NCBI GenBank assembly: GCA_963664305.2
Contig: CAXXLV010000002.1
Coordinates: 1,088,001-1,152,000, forward strand
Source: an uncultured Aliarcobacter sp.
GTDB lineage: Bacteria > Campylobacterota > Campylobacteria > Campylobacterales > Arcobacteraceae
Length of the DNA stretch: 64,000 nucleotides
Direction: 5' to 3'
This document shows, piece by piece, positions 55,265 through 64,000 of this stretch. Below the pieces are notes generated by a model that was given only the letters and a program-made list of their open reading frames with translations, had not been told where the DNA came from and did not search any database. Position numbers and translations under genes: made by a program. Each line of letters begins with the position of its first letter. Positions within the stretch are counted from its first letter, which is position 1.

Positions 55265-57115
55265 ATGAATTTACAAGACAAACTTAAACAACTTCCCAAT
55301 GACGCTGGTGTTTATCAATATTTTGATAAAGAGGGTCATTTACTTTATATTGGAAAAGCAAAAGTTCTAAAAAACAGAGTTAAATCATATTTTAAATTTG
55401 TGCCAAAACTATTACCTGCTGATAAATTGAGTCCAAGAATTTATAAAATGATTAGTGAAGTTGTATCTCTTGAGTGGATTGTTGTTCCAAATGAACATGA
55501 TGCACTTATTTTAGAAAATTCATTAATTAAACAGTTAAAACCAAAATATAATATTTTACTTCGTGATGATAAAACATATCCATATATTTTTATTGATTAT
55601 AATGAAGATTTTCCAAGACTTGAAATCACAAGAAAAGTTTATAAAGAAAAAAATATTAAATATTTTGGACCATATTCAACTGGTGCAAAAGATATGCTTG
55701 ATAGTATTTATGAAATTGTTCCACTAGTTCAAAAAAAGTCTTGTGTAAAAGGTAAAAAAGCTTGTCTTTTCCATCAAATACAAAAGTGTTTAGCTCCTTG
55801 CGAAAATAAAATTTCAAAAGAAGAGTATTCAAAACTTGTAGAAAATGCTTTAGAATATATTTACAATAAATCAAAACTTATTTCAAAACTAAATGAAAAA
55901 ATGATTTCTTATTCAAATGATTTTAGATTTGAAGAAGCAATGACATTAAGAGATAGAATAAAAACAATAGAAAAATCTCAGATAAAATCAGGAATAGATT
56001 TAGCTACAAATGAAGATATTGATATCTTTGCAATAACTGCAAATAGTAAAAAAGCTGTGATTGTACGAATGTTTTTAAGAGATGGGAAAATGACCTCTTC
56101 AAGTCATGACTTTTTAAAAGTTGAAAATTTTGATGAAGAATTTGATTTTGATTTTGAGGAAGCTTATAAAAGAGCAATTATTAACTACTATGATAATGAA
56201 ATTCCTCTTTTACCAAAAGAGATTTTAATTGGTCATGAACTTGAAGATATAAGTGAAATTGAAGAGTTTTTATATACAAGATTTAATAAAAAGATAAAAA
56301 TATTAAATCCTAAAAAAGATAAGAAAAAAGATATTATTCAAATTGCATTTAGTAACTGTGATGAGCTTTTACGATTGGAATCAACAAAAAATCCAACAAC
56401 AATTTATGAAGAGTTAAAAGAGTTATTTAATCTTCAAACTCTTCCTTATATCATAGAGAGTTTTGATAATTCACATATGATGGGACAAGCAACAGTTGGA
56501 GCTATGATAGTTTGGAATGAATCTTTAAATTCATTTGATAAAAAGGCTTTTAGACACTATAATCTTGAATCAAAAGATGAATACTCACAAATGAGAGAAA
56601 TGTTAATAAGAAGAGTTGAAAGTTTTGAAAAAAATCCAGCGCCTGATTTATGGATAATTGATGGTGGAGAAACCCTTTTAAAACTTGCATACGACATAGT
56701 ACAATCTGTTGGAGTAAATCTTGATATAATTGCAATTGCAAAAGAAAAAGTTGATTCAAAAGCACACAGAGCAAAAGGTGCAGCAAAAGATATCATTCAC
56801 TATAGAGATAAAAATGGTGAATTTAAAAATTTTAAATTATCTACAAGTGATAGAAGACTACAATTCGTCCAAAGACAAAGAGATGAAGCACATAGATTTG
56901 TAATCAATTTCCACAAAAAACAAAAAAGAGCAGAAGATAAACAAATCTCTCTTTTACAAATCAAAGGAATTGGTGAAGCAAAAATCAAAAAACTTCTTTT
57001 ATATTTTGGAGAATTTGAAAAAATCAAAAACGCATCTTTAGAAGAATTGAAAAATGTATTAAATGAAAAAGATGCAAATTTACTAAAAAATTATTTTATT
57101 ATTCCAAAGGATTAA
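55265..57115 (+). CDS. uvrC: excinuclease ABC subunit C
   Basis: GVY...[37 protein letters not shown]; HhH. Confidence 0.97.
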   Translation: MNLQDKLKQLPNDAGVYQYFDKEGHLLYIGKAKVLKNRVKSYFKFVPKLLPADKLSPRIYKMISEVVSLEWIVVPNEHDALILENSLIKQLKPKYNILLRDDKTYPYIFIDYNEDFPRLEITRKVYKEKNIKYFGPYSTGAKDMLDSIYEIVPLVQKKSCVKGKKACLFHQIQKCLAPCENKISKEEYSKLVENALEYIYNKSKLISKLNEKMISYSNDFRFEEAMTLRDRIKTIEKSQIKSGIDLATNEDIDIFAITANSKKAVIVRMFLRDGKMTSSSHDFLKVENFDEEFDFDFEEAYKRAIINYYDNEIPLLPKEILIGHELEDISEIEEFLYTRFNKKIKILNPKKDKKKDIIQIAFSNCDELLRLESTKNPTTIYEELKELFNLQTLPYIIESFDNSHMMGQATVGAMIVWNESLNSFDKKAFRHYNLESKDEYSQMREMLIRRVESFEKNPAPDLWIIDGGETLLKLAYDIVQSVGVNLDIIAIAKEKVDSKAHRAKGAAKDIIHYRDKNGEFKNFKLSTSDRRLQFVQRQRDEAHRFVINFHKKQKRAEDKQISLLQIKGIGEAKIKKLLLYFGEFEKIKNASLEELKNVLNEKDANLLKNYFIIPKD

Positions 57116-57117
57116 TT

Positions 57118-58140
57118 TTGGCAAAAATTTTACTAAACAAAGAAAATCTATTTTACAATTTTGATGTTATTTCAAATAAAACAGGTTCAAAAGAAAAGGT
57201 CGCTGTTGTATTAAAAGATAACGCTTATGGACATGGATTAGTTGAAATCGGAACACTTGCAAGTGAATATGGAATTAAAAAAGCGGTTGTTAGAACAATA
57301 GATGATGCACTAAAAATTGAAAAATTATTTGACTATATTTTAATCCTTGCAGAGAAATCTATTCACACTTATTCACATACTTTTCACATAGCTTTAAATA
57401 GCTTAGAAGATATTGAAAAATTACCTAAAAATATAAATGTTCACATAAAAGTTGATACTGGAATGCATCGAAATGGAATTTTACCTGAACAATTAGAAGA
57501 GGCTTTTTTAGGGCTTTCTAGAAGAGAAATTAATGTTACAGGTGTATTCACACACCATAAAGGTGCAGATGAACTATCAACAAATTTCTTCTGGCAAAAA
57601 GCCGTTTTTTCTAGTGTTAAAGAGAATGTGAAAAAAATATGTGAACAACTTTCATTACCTATTCCAGCTTTCCATTCTTGTAATTCAGCAGCACTTTTTA
57701 GAACATCAAATTTTGATGAAAGCTTTGCAAGAGTAGGAATTGCAACTTATGGATATTTGGATAATGCAGATATTTTTAAATTTCCAAAATTAAAACCTGT
57801 AATGTCACTTTGGGCAAATAGATTATCTTCTAGAATTTTGAAAAAAGGACAAAGCACTGGTTATGGTGGAAAATACATAGCGGAAGAAAATATCGTTATT
57901 TCTACATATGATGTTGGTTACGGAGATGGTTTTTTAAGATTAAATGAAAGAAAAACTTATACTACGCCAAAAGGTTATAAAGTTTTAGGAAGAGTATCAA
58001 TGGATAATTTGTGTTTAAATACAGATGATGAAAAAGTTTGTATTTTTGATGATGTAAATGCTTTAGCAAAAGTTCATGATACAATTACTTATGAAATCAC
58101 AACTACACTAAATCCAACTATAGAAAAAGAGATAGTATGA
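57118..58140 (+). CDS. alr: alanine racemase
   Basis: [13 protein letters not shown] lysine, [21 protein letters not shown]. Confidence 0.96.
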   Translation: MAKILLNKENLFYNFDVISNKTGSKEKVAVVLKDNAYGHGLVEIGTLASEYGIKKAVVRTIDDALKIEKLFDYILILAEKSIHTYSHTFHIALNSLEDIEKLPKNINVHIKVDTGMHRNGILPEQLEEAFLGLSRREINVTGVFTHHKGADELSTNFFWQKAVFSSVKENVKKICEQLSLPIPAFHSCNSAALFRTSNFDESFARVGIATYGYLDNADIFKFPKLKPVMSLWANRLSSRILKKGQSTGYGGKYIAEENIVISTYDVGYGDGFLRLNERKTYTTPKGYKVLGRVSMDNLCLNTDDEKVCIFDDVNALAKVHDTITYEITTTLNPTIEKEIV

Positions 58141-58805
58141 AAAAATTAGTTCTTTCACTTTTTGTTTTAGTAACTCTTTCAAATGCAATGACATTTGAAG
58201 AAGTTTATACTATTCATAAAGTGCAAGGAACTATGAAAGCTCTTAGTTACTACAAAGATTTAGAAAATGAAAATAATCCTAAAGCTATACATGAATTGGG
58301 TTTAATTTATCTAAAAGGTGACGGTATTGCAAAAAACGTTACTAAAGCTTTTGAATATTTTACAAAAGCTTCCGATTTAGGTAATCTAGAATCTACTTAT
58401 GTTTTAGGAAAAATTCATCTTTCAAAATCAACTGCATATTATAATCTAGTAAAAGCTTACAACAACTTTGTAGAAGCAGCAAATAAAGGTCATGCAAAAT
58501 CTCAGATGATGATAGCAAGATTTTTTTTGATGGGTGAAATTGTAGATAAAGATTATGAAAAAGCTTTACACTACTTCAAACTAGCTTCAAAACAAAAAGA
58601 GTATGAAGCTAACTGTTATATTGCATATATGTATGCAGCAGGAATGGGCGTTTTTCCAAACTTTGGAAGAGCCCATGTTTTTGCAAAAGATGGATTTGAA
58701 AAAAAAGATAAACTTTGTATAAAAGTTTGGAATGATTATAACTTAGGAAAATATCCAAAAGATGATGGCTTTAAAATTGGTGATTATAATGAACCAATCA
58801 AATAA
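58137..58805 (+). CDS. exported Sel1-repeat protein
   Basis: Signal peptide; [21 protein letters not shown] repeats. Confidence 0.9.
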   Translation: MKKLVLSLFVLVTLSNAMTFEEVYTIHKVQGTMKALSYYKDLENENNPKAIHELGLIYLKGDGIAKNVTKAFEYFTKASDLGNLESTYVLGKIHLSKSTAYYNLVKAYNNFVEAANKGHAKSQMMIARFFLMGEIVDKDYEKALHYFKLASKQKEYEANCYIAYMYAAGMGVFPNFGRAHVFAKDGFEKKDKLCIKVWNDYNLGKYPKDDGFKIGDYNEPIK

Positions 58806-58806
58806 A

Positions 58807-59568
58807 CTATAAACTTACATCTTTTAAAATAAACTCTTTTTTATTTTTTTCACAAAACTCAATAAATAGTTGAAAATATTTATCAACCTCATTTTTATTA
58901 TATCCAGCAAGACTAATTACAACTTTTCTTTTATCTCCTATTATTTTAGGTAATGATGAAAAATCAAGATGTGAAGGAATTTTTTTCATAGTATCAATCA
59001 AATCATTTTCACTTGTTTCTATAGTCATAGTATTTCTATATTTTTCAAGATTTGATTTAGAATAATGTTTATCTAAAGCTTCTATAACCATTGCTTGACT
59101 CATAGATGGAAAACCTGGAGTGAAAAAAAATCTATCTTCAAGATAAAATCCAGCTACGTTATTTACAACATTTGTAAGAAGTTTTGCATTTAGTGGTAAA
59201 TATGCCATGTTTATCCTATGTGGATAAGCTTCTTCTTTAAATTGGTTTATAATTCTTTGCTTTGCCTCTTCATGAAATTCCATTTTTCCATTTGTAAATG
59301 CCTTTGCAGCTACAACTCTAGTATAATCGTCAGGAGTTGCTCCAATTCCACCAAAACAAAACATAACAGAATTTGAGTCAGATTTTATAAGATTAAAAAT
59401 ATCGAACATAAGTTTTTGGTCATCTTCTATTACAAAAGAGCCTTTTTGTTCCCAACCTCTTTTTAAAAGTTGTTCGTTTAAGAAAGAAAAATGGGCATCT
59501 TTACGACGTCCATTTAATAATTCAGTACCAATAATTACTGAATAAAAATTAATTTTTTGAGTACTCAT
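58807..59568 (-). CDS. CinA-like molybdopterin-binding domain protein
   Basis: IIGTELLNG, GGIGATPDDYT, PGFP. Confidence 0.88.
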   Translation of the reverse strand: MSTQKINFYSVIIGTELLNGRRKDAHFSFLNEQLLKRGWEQKGSFVIEDDQKLMFDIFNLIKSDSNSVMFCFGGIGATPDDYTRVVAAKAFTNGKMEFHEEAKQRIINQFKEEAYPHRINMAYLPLNAKLLTNVVNNVAGFYLEDRFFFTPGFPSMSQAMVIEALDKHYSKSNLEKYRNTMTIETSENDLIDTMKKIPSHLDFSSLPKIIGDKRKVVISLAGYNKNEVDKYFQLFIEFCEKNKKEFILKDVSL

Positions 59569-60137
59569 TAAATTCTCGATTGTATAAATGCATCCATTTC
59601 ATCTACAATTTCTTTAATAGTGCCTTCTCCATTTATTACTTTTAATAAATCTTTTTTTGAATAAAATGCTCTAATTTCTTCTAATGGTTCCGCAAAAACT
59701 TTCATTCTATTGTTAAATACTTCAACATTGTCATCAGTTCCCCTTGCACGTCCTAAAACTCTATCTCGTGCCACTTGTTCACTAACTTCAACTTCAATAC
59801 AATTTACCAATTTTACTTCATCTTCATTTGCTAAATATTTATCTAATTCAACCATTTGCTCTATACTTCTTGGATATCCATCAATAATTACAATATCTGT
59901 TGAGGCTTTTTTTATAGCTCCTACGATTGTTTCAATAGCAATATCAATTGGTACAATATTCCCTGCACTAATGTACTTATCAATTATTTGACCTCTTTCA
60001 GAGCCACTTGCAACTTCTGCTCTAAACATATCTCCAGTTGAATAGTGAGTTATAGTAGAATGATTTAGTGCAATTAATTCGGCATCTGTAGTTTTTCCAC
60101 TACCAGGTGCTCCAATAATTAAAAATAATTTTTTCAT
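59568..60137 (-). CDS. adk: adenylate kinase, short-LID (Campylobacter-like)
   Basis: [29 protein letters not shown]. Confidence 0.88.
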   Translation of the reverse strand: MKKLFLIIGAPGSGKTTDAELIALNHSTITHYSTGDMFRAEVASGSERGQIIDKYISAGNIVPIDIAIETIVGAIKKASTDIVIIDGYPRSIEQMVELDKYLANEDEVKLVNCIEVEVSEQVARDRVLGRARGTDDNVEVFNNRMKVFAEPLEEIRAFYSKKDLLKVINGEGTIKEIVDEMDAFIQSRI

Positions 60138-60265
60138 GTTTACCCTTTATTTACAAGGTGGTAATTGTATCAAAAATCATTTAAATTCTTTATGTATTCT
60201 TTAGACCTTATCTATTATTAAAACCTTTTTCTATACAATACACGAAAAACTAAGGAAAATGAAAC

Positions 60266-60907
60266 ATGAATTTAATGCTATTTGGTGCACCAGGGGCTGG
60301 TAAAGGGACTCAAGCAAAGTTTTTAATAGAAAAATTTAACATTCCACAAATCTCAACAGGTGATATTTTAAGAGCTGCGATTGCTGATAAAACTGAAATG
60401 GGTATGGAAGCAAAGAAATTTATGGATGAAGGAAAATTAGTTCCAGATTCAACTATTATTGGTATTATCAAAGACAGATTAGCTGAAGCTGATTGTAAAG
60501 AAGGTTTTATTCTTGATGGATTCCCAAGAACATTAGCACAAGCTGAAGCTTTAAATGAATTAATGGCAAAAATGGGAATTTCTTTAGATAAAGTTATCTC
60601 TTTAAATGTTCCAGATGAATTAATCGTTGGAAGAATTACAGGAAGAAGAGTATGCTCTAAATGTGGAGCATCTTTCCATGTAGAATTTAATCCATCTAAA
60701 AAAGAAGATGAGTGTGATTACTGTGGTGGTGAATTAATTATCAGAAAAGATGACAATGCAGAAACAGTTATTAGCAGACTTGATGCTTATCACACACAAA
60801 CTGCACCATTAATTGATTTCTATACAAAAATGGGTGTATTTATGGAACTTGATGGAACAAAAGATGTTTCAGAAGTTACAGCTGATATGTTTAACGCTTT
60901 AGCGTAA
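60266..60907 (+). CDS. adk: adenylate kinase, long zinc-binding LID
   Basis: GAPGAGKGT, STGDILR, LDGFPR, CSKC...CDYC, RKDD. Confidence 0.95.
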   Translation: MNLMLFGAPGAGKGTQAKFLIEKFNIPQISTGDILRAAIADKTEMGMEAKKFMDEGKLVPDSTIIGIIKDRLAEADCKEGFILDGFPRTLAQAEALNELMAKMGISLDKVISLNVPDELIVGRITGRRVCSKCGASFHVEFNPSKKEDECDYCGGELIIRKDDNAETVISRLDAYHTQTAPLIDFYTKMGVFMELDGTKDVSEVTADMFNALA

Positions 60908-60925
60908 TCTCTTTTTTAAAAAAGT

Positions 60926-60960
60926 AAAAAGGGGCAACTAAAATTAGTTGCCCCTTTTTT
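60926..60960. terminator. bidirectional intrinsic terminator
   Basis: AAAAAGGGGCAACTAA-AA-TTAGTTGCCCCTTTTTT between convergent genes. Confidence 0.88.
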
Positions 60961-60981
60961 TATCTAAAATTATTAAAAATC

Positions 60982-62748
60982 CTAGCCTTGCATTCCAGAA
61001 GTAAATGGTTTTTTATTGTTTGTTGCAAATTTATTTTTTGCAACTACAATCTCTTTTTGTTTTTCTTTTCTTCTAGGGTCTTTTTCTACAAATATTTTTT
61101 TCTTAGTAAATGGATCCATTTCAGTGTAATACATAACAGCTGAGTAAGTTCCTGGTGTTGGAGTAAATACCTGAGCTTGTTCTGGATTCATCTTTAATTC
61201 ATGTGTTGTAAACTGCTTTAACTCATGCATATGTTTTTCTTCACAACCTGGATGTGCCGCAATTAAATAATATGTTAAAAACTGTTTTTTACCTGACTCT
61301 TTATTTAAATCATCATACATCTTTTTAAAGTCAATTAGAGTTTGTTTTCCAGGTTTTCCCATATGATGTAAAACCTCATCATTTGTATGTTCAGGTGCTA
61401 CTTTCATTTGCCCTGAAATATGATGGTCAATCATCTCTTTTAAATACTCTTTTCCATGTTTTTTATCAGCCGTGATTAAATCATATCTAACCCCTGAAGC
61501 CACAAATGCTTTTTTAATTCCAGGAACTGCTCTAATATCTTTTAAAAGTTGTATATTTCTACTATGGTCAACTTTCATCGTTCGGCAAAGTCTATGAGCA
61601 TCTACACATCTTTTATTATCAACACAAGTTCCTAGATTTATCTTCTTTTTACACTCATATCCATACATATTAGCAGTTGGTCCACCAACATCTGAAATAA
61701 TTCCTTTAAAATCTTTCATTGTTGTAAAGTGTTTTGCTTCAGCTAAAATATTTTTTTCACTTCTAGTTCGTATTGTTCTTCCTTGGTGAGCTGCAATTGC
61801 ACAGAAGTTACACTCTCCCCAACATCCATGGTGAGTCATAATAGAAAATTTAATAGTTTCAAGACATTTTACTTTTCCATCTTTTGCATGATATGGATGT
61901 AAATCTCTTTGATATGGAAAAGATGCAATATGGTCCATCTCTTCTTCTTCCATATGCCTGCTTGGTGGATTTTGGATTAAATATCTTCCATCAACCTCTT
62001 GACATAAACCTTTTGAATAAACTGGGTCATTATTGTCATAAAAAGTTTTAAAAAGGTCAATATATTTTTCTTTAAAATCTAAACACTCTTGATGTGATGG
62101 AATTTGTAGATAATCACTCACTGGTTCTTTTGAGATATAACAAAGCCCTTTTATAGTTCTTGGGTCTTTTCCTTCTTTTAGATAATTACCTAAATCCATT
62201 ATTGCTTGTTCAGCCATACCATAAACCATATAATCAGCTTTTGTATCAAATAATATTGGTTTTCTAAGTTTATTTGTCCAGTAGTCATAGTGTGTAAGTC
62301 TTCTAAGACTTGCTTCAATTCCACCAAGAACAATAGGAACAGTATTTTTGAAGTATCTTCTAATTAGGTTTGTATATACTAAAGTAGCACGGTCTGGTCT
62401 TTTATTGTTTTTTCCACCAGGAGTATAGTCATCATCATTTCTAAATTTTTTAGTTGCAGTATAGTTTGAAACCATTGAATCAATGCTTCCACCACTTACT
62501 CCCCAAAACAGTTTTGGTTCCCCTAATCTTTTAATATCAATATCACTATTTACATCAGGTTGTCCAATAATTCCAACACGAAGTCCTATATCTTCAAGCA
62601 ATCTTCCAACAACTGCAATTCCCATAAATGGAGAATCTATATAGGCATCACCTGTGATTAGGATGACATCAAGTTCATCCCAACCACGTTCATTCATCTC
62701 TTTTTTTGTAGTAGGTAAAAATTTATTTAATTTTTCTGAATTATTCAT
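60982..62748 (-). CDS. ygiQ: YgiQ (UPF0313) radical SAM protein
   Basis: FLPTT, GDAYIDSP, CWGECNFC, DVGGPTANMY, APEH, AAHPG. Confidence 0.92.
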   Translation of the reverse strand: MNNSEKLNKFLPTTKKEMNERGWDELDVILITGDAYIDSPFMGIAVVGRLLEDIGLRVGIIGQPDVNSDIDIKRLGEPKLFWGVSGGSIDSMVSNYTATKKFRNDDDYTPGGKNNKRPDRATLVYTNLIRRYFKNTVPIVLGGIEASLRRLTHYDYWTNKLRKPILFDTKADYMVYGMAEQAIMDLGNYLKEGKDPRTIKGLCYISKEPVSDYLQIPSHQECLDFKEKYIDLFKTFYDNNDPVYSKGLCQEVDGRYLIQNPPSRHMEEEEMDHIASFPYQRDLHPYHAKDGKVKCLETIKFSIMTHHGCWGECNFCAIAAHQGRTIRTRSEKNILAEAKHFTTMKDFKGIISDVGGPTANMYGYECKKKINLGTCVDNKRCVDAHRLCRTMKVDHSRNIQLLKDIRAVPGIKKAFVASGVRYDLITADKKHGKEYLKEMIDHHISGQMKVAPEHTNDEVLHHMGKPGKQTLIDFKKMYDDLNKESGKKQFLTYYLIAAHPGCEEKHMHELKQFTTHELKMNPEQAQVFTPTPGTYSAVMYYTEMDPFTKKKIFVEKDPRRKEKQKEIVVAKNKFATNNKKPFTSGMQG

Positions 62749-62821
62749 TTTTCTTCTTTATAAAATATATTAGTTTTTTCGTATTGTGCCTGAATATATT
62801 TTAACCCCTACTATAAGAAAA

Positions 62822-64000
62822 TTAGATTCTTTTTGTCAAATTATTATCCAATTTTTTAATATCCAATAACATCGCTATTTTTGAATCTTCTAACTCTTTA
62901 ATCTCAACTAAACTTTCTATTAAAGTTCCAGCTCCTAAAAAATGATTTTGAATATGTTGAATTGTTTTTTCTTCAACAACACAAACTGTTTCAAGTGAAG
63001 AAACCATAATTCCAACACAATGTTGAATATTATCTTTATCATATTCAACTAAAATTATATTTGTTAGTTTTTCATTTGTAATTTCTTCATTGATGAAATC
63101 TCTAATATCTAAAACAGAAATCAATTTATCTTTATGTAAAACCATACCTTTAAAATGGTTCTTTTTATCCATATCAATTGATTCTTGTAATTCTTCAATT
63201 CCTATTGATTCAATTACATTTCTAGCATCAACTGCAAGCAATTTTTTACCTAAATAGAAAGTTGCTAACTCTACACTTGAAGATGTAAATTTTGTTTTTG
63301 ATGAAGTTAAGAATTTTGATTTTGTATTTTCAAGGAATGTATAACAATTTATATTTCCTATACAAATAAATACAAAAGACAATACATCATTTTTATAATC
63401 ATCTACCCTGCTTTTATACTCTCTATAACCAGTCGAGCATTTCACTCCAACAGCATAATAACTTCCTTCAAATTCAATAATTTTACTTACATTTTGCGAA
63501 TTTTTTAAATTAAAAAATGAGTCATCAATATTTAAATAAGAATCAACTTCAAATTTATCATTTGTTGAAGCAATAATTTGTTTATTTTTATCTGTAAATA
63601 AAGTAAATATTCCTGGTAATTTTTCACCATCTGCATTTTTTGGTAATGTTTCTTCAAGCATTGCATAAAATTGTGGAGTTGAATCAAAAACAACAGCAAT
63701 TCCACCAGTGATTACTTTTTCATCTTTTAAAGACCTAATTGCACTACTATAAATATATGTTGATTCATTATTATATAAATTTGTTTTTTCAAATTTTGAT
63801 ACCGTATATTTAGAAGTATCTCTTAACATCAAAGTTTTTTCAACCCAATCTTGAGTTAAAATTTTTCCTACTAAATGGTCTTCTTTTTCATTTGAAACGG
63901 CAATTATTTTTCCATCTTTATCAAAAATTATAAGATTTGTATAAACTGTATATAAATCATTTATATATTTTAAAATAGATGTAATCTCATTTTTTTTGCT
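62822..64000 (-). CDS. large chemotaxis protein with C-terminal CheW-like domain; 5' end outside the window
   Basis: Frame checked open from 63832 to 64000; C-terminal ATFYLG..LAVD..V.E, ISVLDIR, GIMVSSL fit CheW. Confidence 0.75.
   Translation of the reverse strand, partial: SKKNEITSILKYINDLYTVYTNLIIFDKDGKIIAVSNEKEDHLVGKILTQDWVEKTLMLRDTSKYTVSKFEKTNLYNNESTYIYSSAIRSLKDEKVITGGIAVVFDSTPQFYAMLEETLPKNADGEKLPGIFTLFTDKNKQIIASTNDKFEVDSYLNIDDSFFNLKNSQNVSKIIEFEGSYYAVGVKCSTGYREYKSRVDDYKNDVLSFVFICIGNINCYTFLENTKSKFLTSSKTKFTSSSVELATFYLGKKLLAVDARNVIESIGIEELQESIDMDKKNHFKGMVLHKDKLISVLDIRDFINEEITNEKLTNIILVEYDKDNIQHCVGIMVSSLETVCVVEEKTIQHIQNHFLGAGTLIESLVEIKELEDSKIAMLLDIKKLDNNLTKRI

Noticed and set aside
10257..59991. 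Many short ORFs antisense or out of frame within long genes (e.g. 11627-12073, 23690-24202, 29087-29638, 47544-47984, 56550-57027)
   Set aside because: Shadow frames of well-supported genes, with no motifs or SD

Overview
AT-rich chromosomal window from an Arcobacteraceae bacterium (Campylobacterota). The assignment rests on the 16S/23S sequences and Campylobacterales-type proteins; species not determined. From left to right it holds: purine-salvage genes and an atypical stand-alone tRNA-Thr(GGT); a complete minus-strand rRNA operon (16S, tRNA-Ile, tRNA-Ala, 23S, 5S); pgm-galU-pgi; transporters; xth; a diguanylate cyclase; a MarR-controlled TolC/RND efflux operon; a TetR/DinB-like pair; a urease cluster (ureD, fused ureAB, ureC, ureE, ureF, ureG) and urea ABC transporter (urtABCDE) separated by an opposite-strand membrane-protein gene; an accessory patch (hypothetical gene, ORF6N-like remnant, ccdAB, Nudix, RNase H-like); a three-gene phosphorelay; sapC-like; two chemoreceptors; gpx-pnuC-kinase; REC-PAS and haem-c GGDEF genes; uvrC-alr; two divergent adenylate kinases; ygiQ; and a partial CheW-domain gene. 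The most notable unexplained signal is a perfect 21-bp sequence upstream of both ureD and urtA, in inverted orientation. Other candidates are an ATA start for pnuC, a dual-start peroxidase, three leaderless genes and several operator palindromes. No CRISPR array, transposase or integrase was seen. All product calls come from motif recognition by eye, not from database searches.
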